A DNA stretch of 44,659 nt, the filler included, from Basidiobolus meristosporus CBS 931.73 (lineage: Eukaryota; Fungi; Basidiobolomycota), in the NCBI GenBank assembly GCA_002104905.1. It is 3 parts of 3 records of this genome, joined end to end, with 100 filler letters (N's around TTAATTAATTAA, not from the genome) between each part and the next. Parts side by side here need not be neighbours in the genome. Positions count along the whole stretch, not along the records: positions 33,869 to 44,659 come from MCFE01001296.1; 2 more parts are not named here. One strand, written 5' to 3'. A program made the position numbers and the translations under genes. Shown in pieces: positions 44,404 through 44,659 of this stretch (position 1 is the stretch's first letter; every line of letters begins with the position of its first letter). The notes below the pieces were generated by a model. The model saw only the letters and a list, made by a program, of their open reading frames with translations. It was not told where the DNA came from and did no database searches.

Positions 44404-44659
44404 TTGGTTAGGGGAGGGAAAGTCACCAAGTTGGTGAAATCTTTATTTGGGTTAAGAACTAATCTAAGTACAAATAAAGAAGCCAATTAAGAGGTCTAGA
44501 ACCTCTCTAATAAGTAATCTAATTTATGTTTTGTTTCATCTCTAATGTTTGTTTCAATAAAGTAAAGCTCATCAGGGGTAAATATAAAATTCAGGGGTTT
44601 TGGGGGAAGTACAAATTGTAGATGTTTCTGATCAATATAATCCAAGACTGGAACCCAGC
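44404..44659 (-). mobile_element. 3' end of a diverged LINE subfamily (copy B), continuing beyond the window
   Basis: Open frame 44657-44496 ...LPPKPLNFIFTPDEL... aligns with A1 LPPFPLNSVLSTEEL; same 3' module and GGTTAGGGG tail. Confidence 0.75.

Noticed and set aside
1397-44659. Most remaining 60-130 aa ORFs in the track
   Set aside because: They are fragments of the decayed TE genes listed above or random frames in CpG-depleted repeats, with no independent support

Overview
Eukaryotic, most likely fungal, repeat-dense region made almost entirely of nested transposable elements, with strong CpG loss. Two 100-bp scaffold gaps (21040-21139, 33769-33868) carry an artificial TTAATTAATTAA linker, so contiguity across them is unproven. 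Main content: (1) a full-length CACTA/Transposase_21-type DNA transposon (4975-17402, CCCTA TIRs, TTA TSD) carrying a solo LTR and a complete chromodomain Ty3/Gypsy element (8398-14314) with a probable self-priming PBS; (2) a second chromovirus copy with an intact pol, several Ty1/Copia remnants, a second CACTA copy and fragments, a 733-bp foldback element family and a Gypsy gag fragment between inverted LTRs; (3) a CpG-retaining host island (about 33869-35700) with tRNA-Arg(CCT) and a YwbE/DUF2196-plus-zinc-finger gene; (4) at the right end, the most interesting feature: a gap-free head-to-tail array of two 5'-truncated LINE copies, a candidate tRNA-derived SINE and a diverged LINE. All four share a 3' stem-loop module and end in telomere-type (CCCTAA)-like tails, oriented as expected for priming from a TTAGGG 3' end. 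All alignments and counts were done by eye; no database searches were run.
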